From Lama guanicoe (lineage: Eukaryota): a stretch of DNA of 64,000 nucleotides. Positions 52,440 through 64,000 of this stretch are shown here, in pieces. The stretch is from positions 4,628,167 through 4,692,166 of the forward strand of contig MU054001.1 of assembly GCA_013239625.1 (NCBI GenBank), read 5' to 3'. Numbering within the stretch: position 1 is the stretch's first letter; each line of letters starts with the position of its first letter. The notes below the pieces were generated by a model. It saw nothing but the letters and a program-made list of their open reading frames with translations, was not told the origin of the DNA and did no database searches. The translations under genes were made by a program, and so were the position numbers.

Positions 52440-52830
52440 GTTGGAAAGTCAGGATTCTTGGCGGCTAGTGTCAGAAAACTCAAACCCTAATTTGCTTGAA
52501 CCAAGTAGGGGGATTTGTGGGCCCTTATAAATAGAGATTCCAGTTGTAGGGAATAGCTTCAGGCATGGCTGAATCCAGGAACTCTGGCGAAGGCCTTGGG
52601 ACCCAGTCCTCCCGCGTCTCCTGGCTCTGATGAACACTGTTGGCTTTCGGCTCAGGCTGAGCTTAGTGCTCTGAATGGCAGACCCAGAGATCCTCCCCGG
52701 AGGAAACCACAGTGCTGCTGGCAGAAGCAGCGGGTGCTGGATGCTCTTAGGGAGAAGCAGCCCAAAGAGGGAAGGAACTTGGGTCATTTAATCCCAGGCA
52801 GCAAAAATCCCAGAGTAGGTGACCAGACCT
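52440..52830. mobile_element. MLT1-type LTR fragment
   Basis: gtcaggattcttggcggctagtgtcagaaaactcaaacc...gcttcaggcatggctgaatccagg. Confidence 0.6.
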
Positions 52831-54199
52831 CAGGGTTAGGGAAGAGCTTGGCCAGTCCCACCAGTTCAGAACTGGCCCAGCCTGTTCAGAGCAGAACTGG
52901 TGTCTGTTCCTATAATGGTGATCCAGGGGTTGGTATTTTTACTCTTACCTCTGGAGGAGACGTATTAATGGAGAGGGCTGCCCAGCGGAAGCTCTGGGCA
53001 AAGCTGTGTACCACACATGGTTGGGAATGAGATATCTGACCCCTCTTTCCATTAATCTTGGTACTCCAAGGGACAGACTGAGACTAATGGTAGAGGCCAC
53101 CCATTTTGGCCCACATATAAAGAGCAACTTTCTGATGGCAAGAGCCTTTAAAAACCTGGTGATGAATACATCAGATCATGGCAGGGGGAGGGGAGTGGGA
53201 TGGGGAGGGTGTCAAGGAGCTGGCAGTGGTCTATTTTTCAGGTTCCTCCAAACCCCAAGATCCTATGATTGGCATCCCTGAAATGACACCCTAACACAGA
53301 AAAATAAAGCACACTCCCAAACAAAATGAGAAACCAAGCAAATTTATCTCCTGCTGGCTGGGGCGTGCAATTCAAAGAGTGCAGCCAGCAGGGGACCACC
53401 CTCCCTCTCCTCTGGCTCGCACCCCCGGGCCTCGCCTGGCCTTGTAGCTGGCGTGGCGGAGAGTGGGAGAAACCACTGTGGTGCTGCGGCAAAGGCTTGG
53501 GGCTTATGTGGAGGCTTCAGAACAGGAAAAGAGCAAGGAAATCTGAAGTTTAACTTCGGCACTGGTCTAAAATAAAGCTAAACTATTGGTTGAGCGTTTT
53601 GGCAGTGTTTTGAAACACTGTGTGCCAGCTCAGGGGAAAATATATACGGGGGATTATAAAATGCTTCATTTTGTGTTAAACAGTTACTTTGGAGTTGACT
53701 GGCTAGAATTTGGCTGCCTTTGGAAATGACATCATTGTTCTGGGAGGGGGGCATCTGGGAAAACTGAGGCTGGGAGGCAGCTGTGCAGGTGGGGGGATGG
53801 CGGCTGGCTGTGGAGAGTGTATGTACTCTGGCCCCTCCTCCCACGCCCGCCACCTTGGGGGCTGGAAGTCTTGGCCTCGAAGTGGTTGGCTGTGCACATC
53901 AGCGCTGCTGAGTGACAGGCGGTGATGAGGTCAGATCTGCTGGAGCCGGTCTGACCCCTCCAAAAGCAGGTAGGAGCTGAGGGGTGAGGAGGTGGGAGGA
54001 AGGTGGCTGAGGGGCGTAGGGGGCTGGGGAGGAGAGATGGTTGGCATCTGCCTGTGGCCTTCCAGCCTCTTCCCAGCATCTGTTCCCAGAGCATCTGCAG
54101 CCTGTGCTCCTCTCCTCCTGCACTTAGAATGAATCCATCCCCCGACCTGGTCTTGCCTCTCCCGCCTTCCTCTTCCCGCTTGCTTCCTCCTCTTGAGCC

Positions 54200-54560
54200 T
54201 TTGGGCAGACATGCTTTTTCTCACCACAGGGCCTTTGCACCACTCTCTCCTCCACCTGGAGGTACTTTCACTTCCTTCTGGGTCTCAGCTACCCAGGGTG
54301 GCCCTCTTTGACACCCCCTCACCCCAGCTAAAGTTGCTCGCCTTTACTCTCCGTTAAATCATCCCATTTGATTTCCTTCAAGTCAGCTCTTATTATTTCC
54401 AAATTTCTTCTTGACTTGCTTGGGGATTACTGTCTTTGCTACCAGAAAGTGACCCTCTTGAGAACAGTGTCCATCTCTCCCTTTTTCATGCCTGTCTGTC
54501 TCTGGCCTTGCACAGGGCCTGGCACACAGTAGGTGCTCAGGAAATATGTATTGAATGATT
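54200..54560 (+). mobile_element. L2 3' fragment
   Basis: cagggcctttgcac...cacagggcctggcacacagtaggtgctcaggaaatatgtattgaatga. Confidence 0.7.
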
Positions 54561-57134
54561 TGTTAGAAGTGGCCAAGGTGGTGCCAGGTTGTTCCATTTG
54601 TCACTCCCTTGGATGGCTGAGGACCAGGAGTTCTCATGGACAGTCTCTTCTGGTCTGGAGAGAAGCCTGCTTCCTCTCAAATTCCACCAAACCACGTGTC
54701 CCTTACCCCTTCTTTCTTCCCCCAGAAACTGTTCTTCCCACCTGCTTCCTGGGGCCATAAAACAAACCAGGGGTTGCCTTCTGCTCTTCCAGGGGAAAGG
54801 GACATTTTGCATTTGGGACCTTCACAGTTTGTTATAAAGTCCCTACTATGTGCTGGGCCCTGGCTGGGTGTCAGGGATAGAGCAGACTCCTGACCTCAGG
54901 AAGCTTTTGTTCTGCAGAGGAGACAGATCATGGCGATGTTAAGTAGATAAATGCGTAAGGACAGTCTGGGTCCCTTCTGCAGAGCGTGGGAAACTCCTAA
55001 GGCTCCTGGGGGTGGGATTTGAGAAGCACGAATGGAGTGGCAACTCCATTCGTTGGAGGGGGGTTTTAGAAGGGGTTGATCTCGTGGGGTCGTGCCAGGA
55101 CTAATTGTCTTCCCCTTGGAAGGATTGGCAGAGTTGCAAGGAGAAGGGCAGTGACTGGGTCACAGAGGGTAGGGGCTGAGGACTCCGGTGTAGGGGAGTG
55201 AGGGATGAAAAAGGCGCTGTCCCCTGACCGCCTTCGCCGCAGGCTGCTTGTCTCATAACTGATTTTGAAACTCTCTCATCACTCTCACTGATGCCGTATT
55301 TTGCACTGCTCCCTCTGACGTCTTTTTATCACAGTCTTAACAAACACCTTGTTGACATATTTACGTAAAATCTGTGTTAAGGATACCCCCTTAGTCAGGG
55401 TCCCCACAGAAAACAGATGGCACACTCAAACAGGGCGATCAGGAGCATTTACTAAGCGCTGTTACAGAGCTGGGTGGGGCGAAGGGAAGCCAGCAGGGGT
55501 AGGGGAACACTGGGGACATCCCAGTGATGCTGGAGAACCTAACAGGGCGAGGGGAGCGGTGTTTGCTGGAACCTGGAGAGAGCAGCCAGAGGACAGGGCT
55601 GCCCTGCAGGAGATCTCCCATGACCTGTGAGCTTGCTGGAAGAATAAATACCCCAACTCTGCCCCCTCTCAGCGTCCAGTCTCTGCCGGACCTCCAGCTG
55701 AACCCAACAGGAAGCCCCAGGTTGAGCAGGCTGTTGGTGGAGTGGGTGGACGAGGTGGAGGGTGGACCTGGAGGGGCCAATGTCCAACGCCCTTTGCATC
55801 ACTGCGCCCCAGGAGCTGGCTTAGATGCTGCTGAGAAGCCAGATTTTGGAGATTATCCCCGATTTGTAAAAGGGGGAAGTTTCCTGTGTGGATTTGTTTG
55901 CAGGAATACGAGCCACACGTTTGTCTCAGAGCCTTAGGGCCTTGGCGGGTGGCTGTGGCGGTTTGGCGTTTGGTTTTCTTTTTGCAGGATGTGGTGTTAG
56001 TCAGCGATGTGGCCTTGCACTGTAATGCTGCAGATTATGGGCACAGAGGAGCAAATCTGTCAGACACCAGGCCCGGCTCCTGGCAGGTGTAGCTGGTCAG
56101 ATCGCGTCCTGTGCTGCCAAAACTTTGTTATTTGCGTCGATGGAGAATTGAGTAGGTTGTCATTCCGATCGACGCCCTTTACTGCTGAAATACTGGAGAA
56201 ATTGGCAAGGGGGGCACTCGGTGGCTGCCCTCCCCTCCCCAGTGTCTTTCCATTTACGGCTTCACTGGGGCCAATGGCAGGGGAGAAGTCAAGGAAAGCA
56301 GGAAGGTCAAGGATGCTCTGAGGAGCCTCTTTGTTCATTATGTACTTATATCGCACGTGGTTTCCATCCACCGGCTGCGCGGCTCCTGGGACCCCAGAGG
56401 ATAAGGCAAGGAAACCTAGGCTCTGAGCACCAAAGCTATTTTTATTTGTGCGCAGGGCAAGGTGACGCGGCTGCTGCCGGCCGAGGTTCAGCTCTCCCTG
56501 ACACACAGAATTGGATATTAAGGCGGAATTAGAAGCTTGAGTCCAAGGCCATCCCTTGTGAGTGATGCACTCAGGATGGCATTATGACTTTCCAAACTGC
56601 TTTTGCAGAGAGCAGCCAGGGCAGATGAAGTAGCCATTTTGGGGGACAACCCTAGCCCCTCCGAGTGGCCCTGATGTTGGTCTGCGAGTCGATGGCGAAT
56701 TGTTCGTTTCCCCAAGTCCTCTTCCTGTCGTTTCTTTTTTCCGTGACACTTTCCCCACTGGACATTCATAAGCACTACCTTCTCTCCTCAAAGCTTTGCA
56801 GCATCCCCCTGGCTCACCCACCCCGGCCCCACCCCGACTTATCACTGTGGAAAGTCCCCGTGTCTCTGATGACTTGCGCGCTGGTCCAATATTGTCAGCA
56901 TTGCTTCACCTTTAAGTGAGGGGTGGATGAGGCTTTCTGCCACTTTTTATTTAAAACAAGTTTTTAAGACATTATTAAATACCACTAATGTATAAATGTA
57001 TTCTATTTGTAAAAATTTCAAAGATACGGATAAGGCGAAGGCTTCCTTCTTCCTGTCCCCCACCCCCAAGTTAATTGCAGACACCGTGCTTGGCTGGCTT
57101 GCTTTAAGACCTTCTCCTAAAGATTTACATAATA

Positions 57135-57310
57135 TCATGTTTCAGAGATTCTAAGATACACTGTAACATTTCTGAAATGGAGATGAATCTTAAAATTAAT
57201 GGCCCATCATGGCTTAATTGACAGTGTTTTCTGTTTTGCTTTTTTAGTGGTGCATAAAATAATGGTGCATTTTACAATCTATGGTTTCTTGGATTTGATG
57301 TAATGTGGTG
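57135..57310. mobile_element. Degenerate DNA transposon fragment (possibly TcMar-Tigger); related piece at about 18910-19050
   Basis: Both sites share attctaaga...aacatttctga. The ends are loosely inverted. Confidence 0.4.
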
Positions 57311-57629
57311 TATGTGTATCCATAGAAACAATGTTATATTGATTTTTGATTAAAAAATAAATGATACTATATTGGATCTATCATTCTGCAACTTGCTTTT
57401 TTTCCCCACGAAGTACTATGCCTTGGAGGGTTTTCCATGTTGGTATAGAGATCTCCCTTATTCTTTATTCACTGCTTTGTGGCATTGCATAGCATGGATG
57501 GACCATGGCTGTTTCTGATTTAGGATGGGCATTTAGGTTGTTGCTGACTGTTTGCTGTAGCAAACATTCTTCTACACTTTTTCCACGGTTGGTGGAGAGA
57601 AGGGGGCATTGCTGGGCCCAAATGTTATT

Positions 57630-57845
57630 CTGTTCCATTCCTTCCCCATTCCATCCCATCCTCTCTCATTCCCTCCCATGTCCTCCCATCCTCTCTCATT
57701 CCATCCCGTTTCATCCCCATCCTCTCTTGTCCCATTGCATCCCATCCCATCCCATCCCGTCCCATCCCGTCTCGTCCCATCCTGTCCCATCCTGTCCCAT
57801 CCTATCCCACTTCATTCCATCCCATCCCCTCCCATCCCCTCTCAT
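57630..57845. repeat. Degenerate (CCATC)n pentanucleotide repeat
   Basis: ccatcccatcccatcccgtcccatcccgtctcgtcccatcctgtcccatc. Confidence 0.9.
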
Positions 57846-58479
57846 GTCATTCACAAGCGTTATTTCAGTACTTACTTGGTATCATATACTGCGCCAGATC
57901 AGTTTTGGGGCTTGAGGTGTCTACAGAAAGGAGTCAGATTCCTCCCTCCTCAGATGCTTAGAGTCCAGCTGGGAGACTAGCTATGATATTAGACTTGGAT
58001 CAAAATTCCACAGCACCCTAAGTTAAGCCTGGGGGTGAGGGGCACAAATGTTGGTGTGGTTCAGGGGCAGACATTTCAGCCCTCATTTTATACTCATTCC
58101 GTGGTCTGCTCAGGCTGGTAATCCCGTCAGGAATAACAAGAAGAATGCCTTGTACCGACGCATATCACCCCTTGACTTACCTGGGGCATACACGGGAATC
58201 TTCTGAAAGGGTTACTTAAGGCTGACATGTGTTTGAGTTGTTATGGGGGTTCCCCCTCTTGTTTTCCCACCTTGGAGCTGAGTAGGGAGACAAGAGCCCC
58301 CCCACCATCTGTCTGATGGCACCTGGTCTGCTCTCCATGAAGGTGCTCTGTCTTCTGTCACCAGGGATGCAGAGGACATGGGACCAGGGGCTTGGAGGTG
58401 TTGGAGGTAGATGGAGCCTCCCTGCCAACACCTGGGGATTTTTGAACAGAAAGTGCCTGGAGGGCTGTCCTGGAATGGC

Positions 58480-58650
58480 CTCAGGCAATGCTTTTCAAAC
58501 TTTTAAGTGCATATAGATCACCTGGGATCTTGTGAGAATGTAGGTTATAATTTAGCAGGTCTGGGAAGGGGAGGGGCCACGATTCTGCATTTGTTACGCT
58601 CCCAGGGGATTGAGATGCTGCAATCTGGGTACCACCCTTGGAGTGGCAAG
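58480..58650. mobile_element. MER5A-like hAT-Charlie MITE
   Basis: caatgcttttcaaacttttaagtgcatatagatcacctgggatcttgt...attctgcattt...accacccttggagtggca. Confidence 0.7.
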
Positions 58651-59649
58651 GACTTTAGGATCGCCAAACAAACTCTGAAGGCAAACAGGACCTGGGAAGT
58701 GGGGAAGGAGAGTTTTGATGGGAGCTGGGGCTTTCTAGGGGCCAAAGCTGGACCCGTCTGGCCGATCTCACATCTTGGGACCAGAGGTTATCTCACTTTG
58801 CACGTTTGGCACCCTGCTCTCCAGCACTTGTGCAAGTCAAGACTGGGTTTGTTGGTTTGTTTACAGCTGGTGGATTTGTGCTAGAATTTCCAGCCTCGAG
58901 GAGGCATGTAGAGCGGGTAACCCTTCGTTCTGGGGGTCTGTGCCTTGCTTTGCAGGACATTCAGCTCCCCTGGCCTTGCCCACTAGATGCCAGTAGCAAC
59001 CTCCCTGATTGTTGCAGCTCTTGAAAAAAAACGCCCCTGAAGGCCAGGCAGTGCTGCACCCAAGCTGAGCCACTGAGCTGGGCTCAGCCCTTGTTGAGGG
59101 CAGGGACAGTGGCCAGGTCTCTATGTCTCCAGTAGCTGGCACCGTGCCTGGCACGAAGTAAGATCGGTGTGTGTTGTATGAAGGAAGTGGCGTCCTGGAC
59201 GCTTAAGGGGGCTGCAAGTTATAATCATCCCTCCCCACTTCAAGGAAAGAAAGTCAAGAGGTGCGCCCCTGCTTATACTGGGTAGGGGGCACCATCCTGA
59301 CCTTGAGGACGAGCACGACGACACAGGACCCGGAAGTGACGCAGCGTGCTGAGCTTCATGTCCGTTTCCTCGGTTTTCCCCCACACTCCGAGGCTCCGCG
59401 GGAAACGGCTGCCGAGCATTTGGGTTTTTGATATTTTTCTGGGCTGAGCTGCTGGAAGATAAGGCCTGTCTTGTTTATTGTTGTGTCCTCAGGGCCTGGC
59501 ACATAGTAGGGCATTTTGCAACTGCTTGCTGGAAGAACGATTTGAATTCACTAGGGGAATCGGCTCATCCCAGGGGCTCAGTGACAATGGCTCCTTTTGG
59601 TTAATTGATGATTGTGTTCGTCGTGTGAACTGTCATCCCAGAGTCATTC

Positions 59650-60570
59650 ATGCAGGCATTAGTCTATTCATTCCTTCAACAACTGTTTCTTGAGCACTTC
59701 CTATGTTCTGGGCACTGTACTAAGGCAGGGGCAGTCTGCTGAGCAGGGTAGGTGTTAGTTCCTTGGTGGAGCTGACAGCAGCAACGTTAACCAGGAATCA
59801 CACAGACAATGGGAAAAATCACAGCTGTGGCCAGTGCTTCTAGGGTGGTGCTGTGAAAGAGCTGAGAGGGGCCTCTGCATCTTATCTTTGTGGTGGTGCT
59901 GGCAGCAGTGGGATGTCAGGAAGGGCTTCCTGGAGGTGGTGATGCTGGAGCTGAGATTTGAACTGAGTTGCATGCAGATATGTGCTTAGGGTGCCAGTAG
60001 GGCAGGGCCACTCCCATGTGAGAAAAAAATTTTTCTGCAAGAATTTGATGTAGGGTATTTTTAAAAAAAGCATTAGAGGAAGCACAAATAAATACATGAA
60101 TGAGTCAATAAAAAATGTTTTCAAGACTTCCTTTATACTTCATAGTGTAGTGTTTTTTTCTCTTTTGAATTACATGAATGTGGTGCCTGTTCTTTTCCAT
60201 ATGTAGGGCCTCTAAAAGTCCTGGCCCTGGTTCTGGGATGAGTAAGAGATAAGTGGGTGAAGGCTTATGGGGAAGAGGGCTGCAGACAGAGAGAAGAGCA
60301 CATGCAAGGCCCTGGGGAAGCAGAGGTGACACAGCATGTTGGAAGACCTGCAAGGTGGCCAGGGTGGTAGGTACTGGTGAAGTGAGGGCTTGGGATCATG
60401 TTGAGAGATCTTTTGAGGTCAGATCACACAGGGCCTTGGATGGCATGGGAAAGAGTGGGGATTTTAGCTTAAGACTTGTGGGAAGCCATTGGAAGGGATG
60501 AGCCTAGGACTGACATGGTCAGATGTTTGTTTTTAAAAGATGACTGTCCTGCCATGTGGAGAATGGATGC
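59650..60570 (-). mobile_element. L2 fragment(s)
   Basis: attcattccttcaacaac...gagcacttcctatgttctgggcactgt...gggcttcctggaggtggtgatgctggagctgag...gggaagccattggaaggg...gacatggtcagatg. Confidence 0.7.
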
Positions 60571-62589
60571 CTCTGTGGGACATTCTGGGTTTTGATGATG
60601 AGCTTTCCTTTGGGGGCCAGCAGTCATGTGGCCTGGGCCCCCCGAGCTGTGAGGCTGAAGATGCCATTGTGTCGTTAGTTCCCAGGCCGTAAGCTCACTC
60701 TCTCTGCATGTCTGGACTCCCTCTTCCCTTCTGGGTCAAGCAGACCTGGTCCTCAGAAGCCAGATGGAGTCTGAAGACCTTCGGGGGATGTTTAGATTTC
60801 TAAGTCGCTGTAAATCTCCCTGAACTGACCTATTTTCCTTCCATCTTGCTCTTGTATTTTTTATGAATGGATGATAAAAAATATGGCGGGGTCATTTGTT
60901 CTAATTTCCTTCTGACACCTGGACTCCGTTCAGTGGGAGTTGTCCCTCCAGCAGCTTGGAAACCTGCCTCCCGGAGGCGGGGCCCTGGGCCCGATCACAC
61001 CTGCTCTATCAGGAACATCGGGGCAGCTGAGGCAGGCCCTGGGCCCTCACAAGACAGCGAGCCCCTTGAGAATGTGGGAATGGGGGTTCGATGCCTGTTG
61101 GAGGGGGTGGGACTGGTTCCAGTTTCTGTCTGCTTGGCCAGACACGGCGGCAATGACCTGCTTGGAGGTAAGAACTTGAAGGCTCTACCTCATTTGGGAC
61201 TGCGGCCCCACCTATCTTAAGGGGCTGCTTGTTTGATGGAAACCAGTTCTTCAAAGACAAACTGTGGTCTCATGTTGGGTGGGGCGTGGTGGTGGGTCAG
61301 AGCTCTGAGGGACATGAGCCTCTGATTCACCTCTTTACTCTAGTGGCCATTTGTGGTCAGGTCTGTCCCTATTTTGCAGCCTGTCTCCCCACTCTGCACC
61401 TTGCCACTGTCCTTGAAGTCTGTTGTGTCCTTGCCCAGGCCATTCTCTGCCTGGAAAACCAGCCCCTGAGTTTGCGTCCTTGGCAAAGCCAGACCCATCC
61501 TTCTGGCCTCCTGGGAAGCCTTCCCTGGCCTCTGAGCGGACGCTGTCCGGCTCCTCCTCTGGGGCCCCCAGCAGCACTTGGCCTATTCCCTTGTTTTCAA
61601 AATACATTTTTCTTGTGTCATGCTTGTTAGACAAATTTGCTGTAAATCTGTTAAGTAAAGATAAAGCCAAAAGAAGAAAATAAAATCCAGCCACAATCCA
61701 GAGATCCACTGCAATCGTTTTGACAGTCGTCCTTCCTAATTCTCGTTCTGTAATCTCCTTTTCCCCCCATGTACCTATTGATGGTAAACAGTTTATCATA
61801 CTGCTGAATACTGTCCTAGACCCCCTCCTTTAATCGGCTTTATGATGTTCCATTTGTCCGGTTGTGCCCAGGTGTGTATCACAATCTGCTTCAGGCAAGG
61901 CTGGGCACGTCCACCCCAGTGGTCCACCGTGGAAAGGAGAGGACCTTGACTGTCCACCTTTGTTCGCCTGGGGCCTGACTGGAGGGCTCACGGAAAGTGT
62001 TTGTTGAATGAATGTGTCCTCCTGCATTCTCCTCTCTCCTGATGGAGCCAGAGCTAAGCCTGAGTTTGAGGCCATATCCTTCTTCCACTCCAAAGACCCT
62101 CTCACCTCCTCCCAGAATGGAGACTCTGCAACCCAGCCCTATTTGACCTTGAAAAGTCCAAAGCTCAGGCAGCAGAGGGGCTGGGGGAGGGGGAGGGACG
62201 TGGGTGGAAAGGAAGGCTGCCTCGAGGTCAGTAGGCTTGATGACTGCTCAAAAGTGGCTTCCAGGCCAGGAGGGAGCTGGAGGGTTCTAGGTGGTCATGT
62301 CGCTGCTGCTGGGGGTGAGCAGGAGGGTCCCCAGTATGGGGTGGAGGTGCCTGCAAGGTGGGACGTTCTGGCGCCTGGTGTGTGAGCTCTGAGGAGCAGT
62401 TAGCTGGGAGTGGAGCTTCACCCTGTGTGATGAGACACAAACCTTCATACTCCCTCAGGTCTCCTGGAGCCAGGAACAAAAGCCTTAATTCATTCATGCA
62501 GGGATTAAACAATATTATTGCACTCTAACTACGAATCAGGCTCTACCCTGGTCTCTGCCCCCCTGGAGCCGCAGTCTGGGGAGGAGGGG

Positions 62590-62702
62590 AGAGGCTGACC
62601 AAGCATCCTGGTTTGCCCAGGACTGAGGGCTTCCTGGAATGTAAGATTTTCAGCCCTAAAATTGGGAGAATCCCAGACAAACTGGGAAAGCTTGTCACCG
62701 TA
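62590..62702. mobile_element. hAT-Blackjack MITE (MER81/MER94-like)
   Basis: Imperfect terminal inverted repeats aggctgaccaagcatcctggtttgcccaggact and aatcccagacaaactgggaaagcttgtcaccgta. Confidence 0.65.
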
Positions 62703-64000
62703 TTTCAGACGTAAACATAGATTCGTATCACCCAGGATCAGGACTGGGAGACTCAGGGGATGGGGGACTCCAGGGGGGACAGTGTGTGGCAGGCCTGGTG
62801 CGCTTAGTGGGAGCTTTACATGGAGTTGTGCATGGATTGTGATGTCTGGAAGGGGTGAGGTTCTGGAAGGGGTTTCTCCCAAAGATTCTTCCCCTCCTTC
62901 TCAGTTCTTCACGCCACATCATAGCCAGGGTGGGGACAAAGGCTCCCTGGGACCTGGGATCGGCCGCCTCTATCAACCTTGAGGACCAAGTCTCCTTTAT
63001 GAAGAAGAGGGTTCCCCAAAGTCAGCTCTGGGGACTGCCACAGAGTGTACCTGTGGGGCTGACCTCCACGTCCTGAGCCACAGCCTGTGTTGTCATCCGT
63101 CCATTTCTTCACTCACTTCTTCACTCAGCACGTGGTGCCTTGGCGATGCCCTGAGCTCAGGACCGGAAACACAGGGAGCTGGTAGACACACAACCTTGCC
63201 GGCCTATCACCTTGGGGCAACCTCGGAGCCAGCCTGCTCCAGATTTAAGATTTCTCACCAGGGCTGCTGGTGGGAAGGACTGCATTAAGTCAGCAGAGCC
63301 TTATCCATCCCCAGCTGACTTCCCCAAGAGCTGGCCCCCGGGGCGGGGGTGGGGGGCTCCCCTGCCAGGCGTTTCTCTGGAGCCTTTGTCCCCAGAAGTC
63401 TGTGAAGGGGCTTGAGAGAATGGAATCTTGCACCGTTCTCTTGGAAAAGCCATTTGCCCATTGAAATGCAATTTACTTCTGAAAAGAGAAAAAAGACTAG
63501 AAGGGCCACCAGGGTGAGAAGGTGTTTGTGGAACTCACCAGCCAACTTTCAGTGTGGAGGTGAGGTCCCAGGAAGATGCAGGGCTGGGCTGGACACATGG
63601 TCGCCGTCCCCCATGACCCTCCACATCCTTGATGCTAAATGCTGTTGTGCCAATCAATTGATTTTTATTCCTTAACGTGCTTTAAAAAAAAATTCAATAA
63701 AGGAAAACCCCAAGCTGACAACGTAATAGTACGGTTCAAAGAGAATAATTAAAAAAAAAAGCTATGGAATTTTTGGAGGGAATGTCTTTGTGTGTTCCAG
63801 CGGCCATGGCCGTGGTGTGGTGTAGCAGGCCGCCTCGCATCCTGGTGCGCGTGTGGGGAGGTCCTAAAGGTAAAAGCAGAGCCGTGGCGGAAGGAAAAGG
63901 CCCAGCGTTGGAATGTGTGTGCTTGTGTCGGTTGGTGTGTGTGTTCCTATCAACACATGTACATATTTATCAAATTACATCTGCTTTTACCTTTAAAATT

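Larger units (their letters stand above)
41389..64000 (+). other. ZNF423: ZNF423 intron downstream of the exon (partial)
   Basis: Starts with GTAATG. The large following exon (DGDDDPQLSW... plus the multi-zinc-finger array) is absent from the ORF track. Confidence 0.85.

Noticed and set aside
57505..57980. Pro/Ser/His repeat ORFs
   Set aside because: These are translations of the (CCATC)n repeat.
41389..64000. Search for an autoregulatory ZNF423 palindrome (GCACCCnnGGGTGC)
   Set aside because: Only half-sites and a partial match near 49593 (GTGCCCAAGGGTAG, 10/14) were seen by eye. A PWM scan plus conservation would be needed.
1..64000. Prokaryotic-type systems (operons, CRISPR arrays, defence islands)
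   Set aside because: The sequence is mammalian intron with SINE, LINE and LTR content. No regularly spaced repeat-spacer array or gene-dense region was seen.

Overview
This is mammalian genomic DNA, most likely from a camelid (camel/alpaca lineage), judging by three tRNA-derived Vic-1-like SINEs and a young L1 3' end. The window appears to lie entirely inside ZNF423 (OAZ/Zfp423), transcribed on the + strand. Only one coding exon is recognisable: 41188-41388 (201 bp, phase 1-1), matching the exon usually numbered 3. It encodes [12 protein letters not shown]...[32 protein letters not shown], which includes the atypical first zinc finger. The rest is intron, containing old repeats (MIR, L2, L1M, MLT1, MER5-type), a few young camelid insertions with target-site duplications (TSDs), microsatellites, a 67-N gap, and several repeat-free AT-rich blocks that look like conserved enhancers. 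Nearly all ORFs in the track are chance ORFs in GC-rich DNA. I see no new multi-gene system. The best leads are: a candidate alternative first coding exon (31246-31297) in phase with the ZNF423 exon; a young L1 carrying an apparent 13-nt 3' transduction; a 172-bp local duplication; an intronic ETS-CRE promoter-like patch; and the candidate enhancers. Repeat family names and boundaries were called by eye and are approximate.
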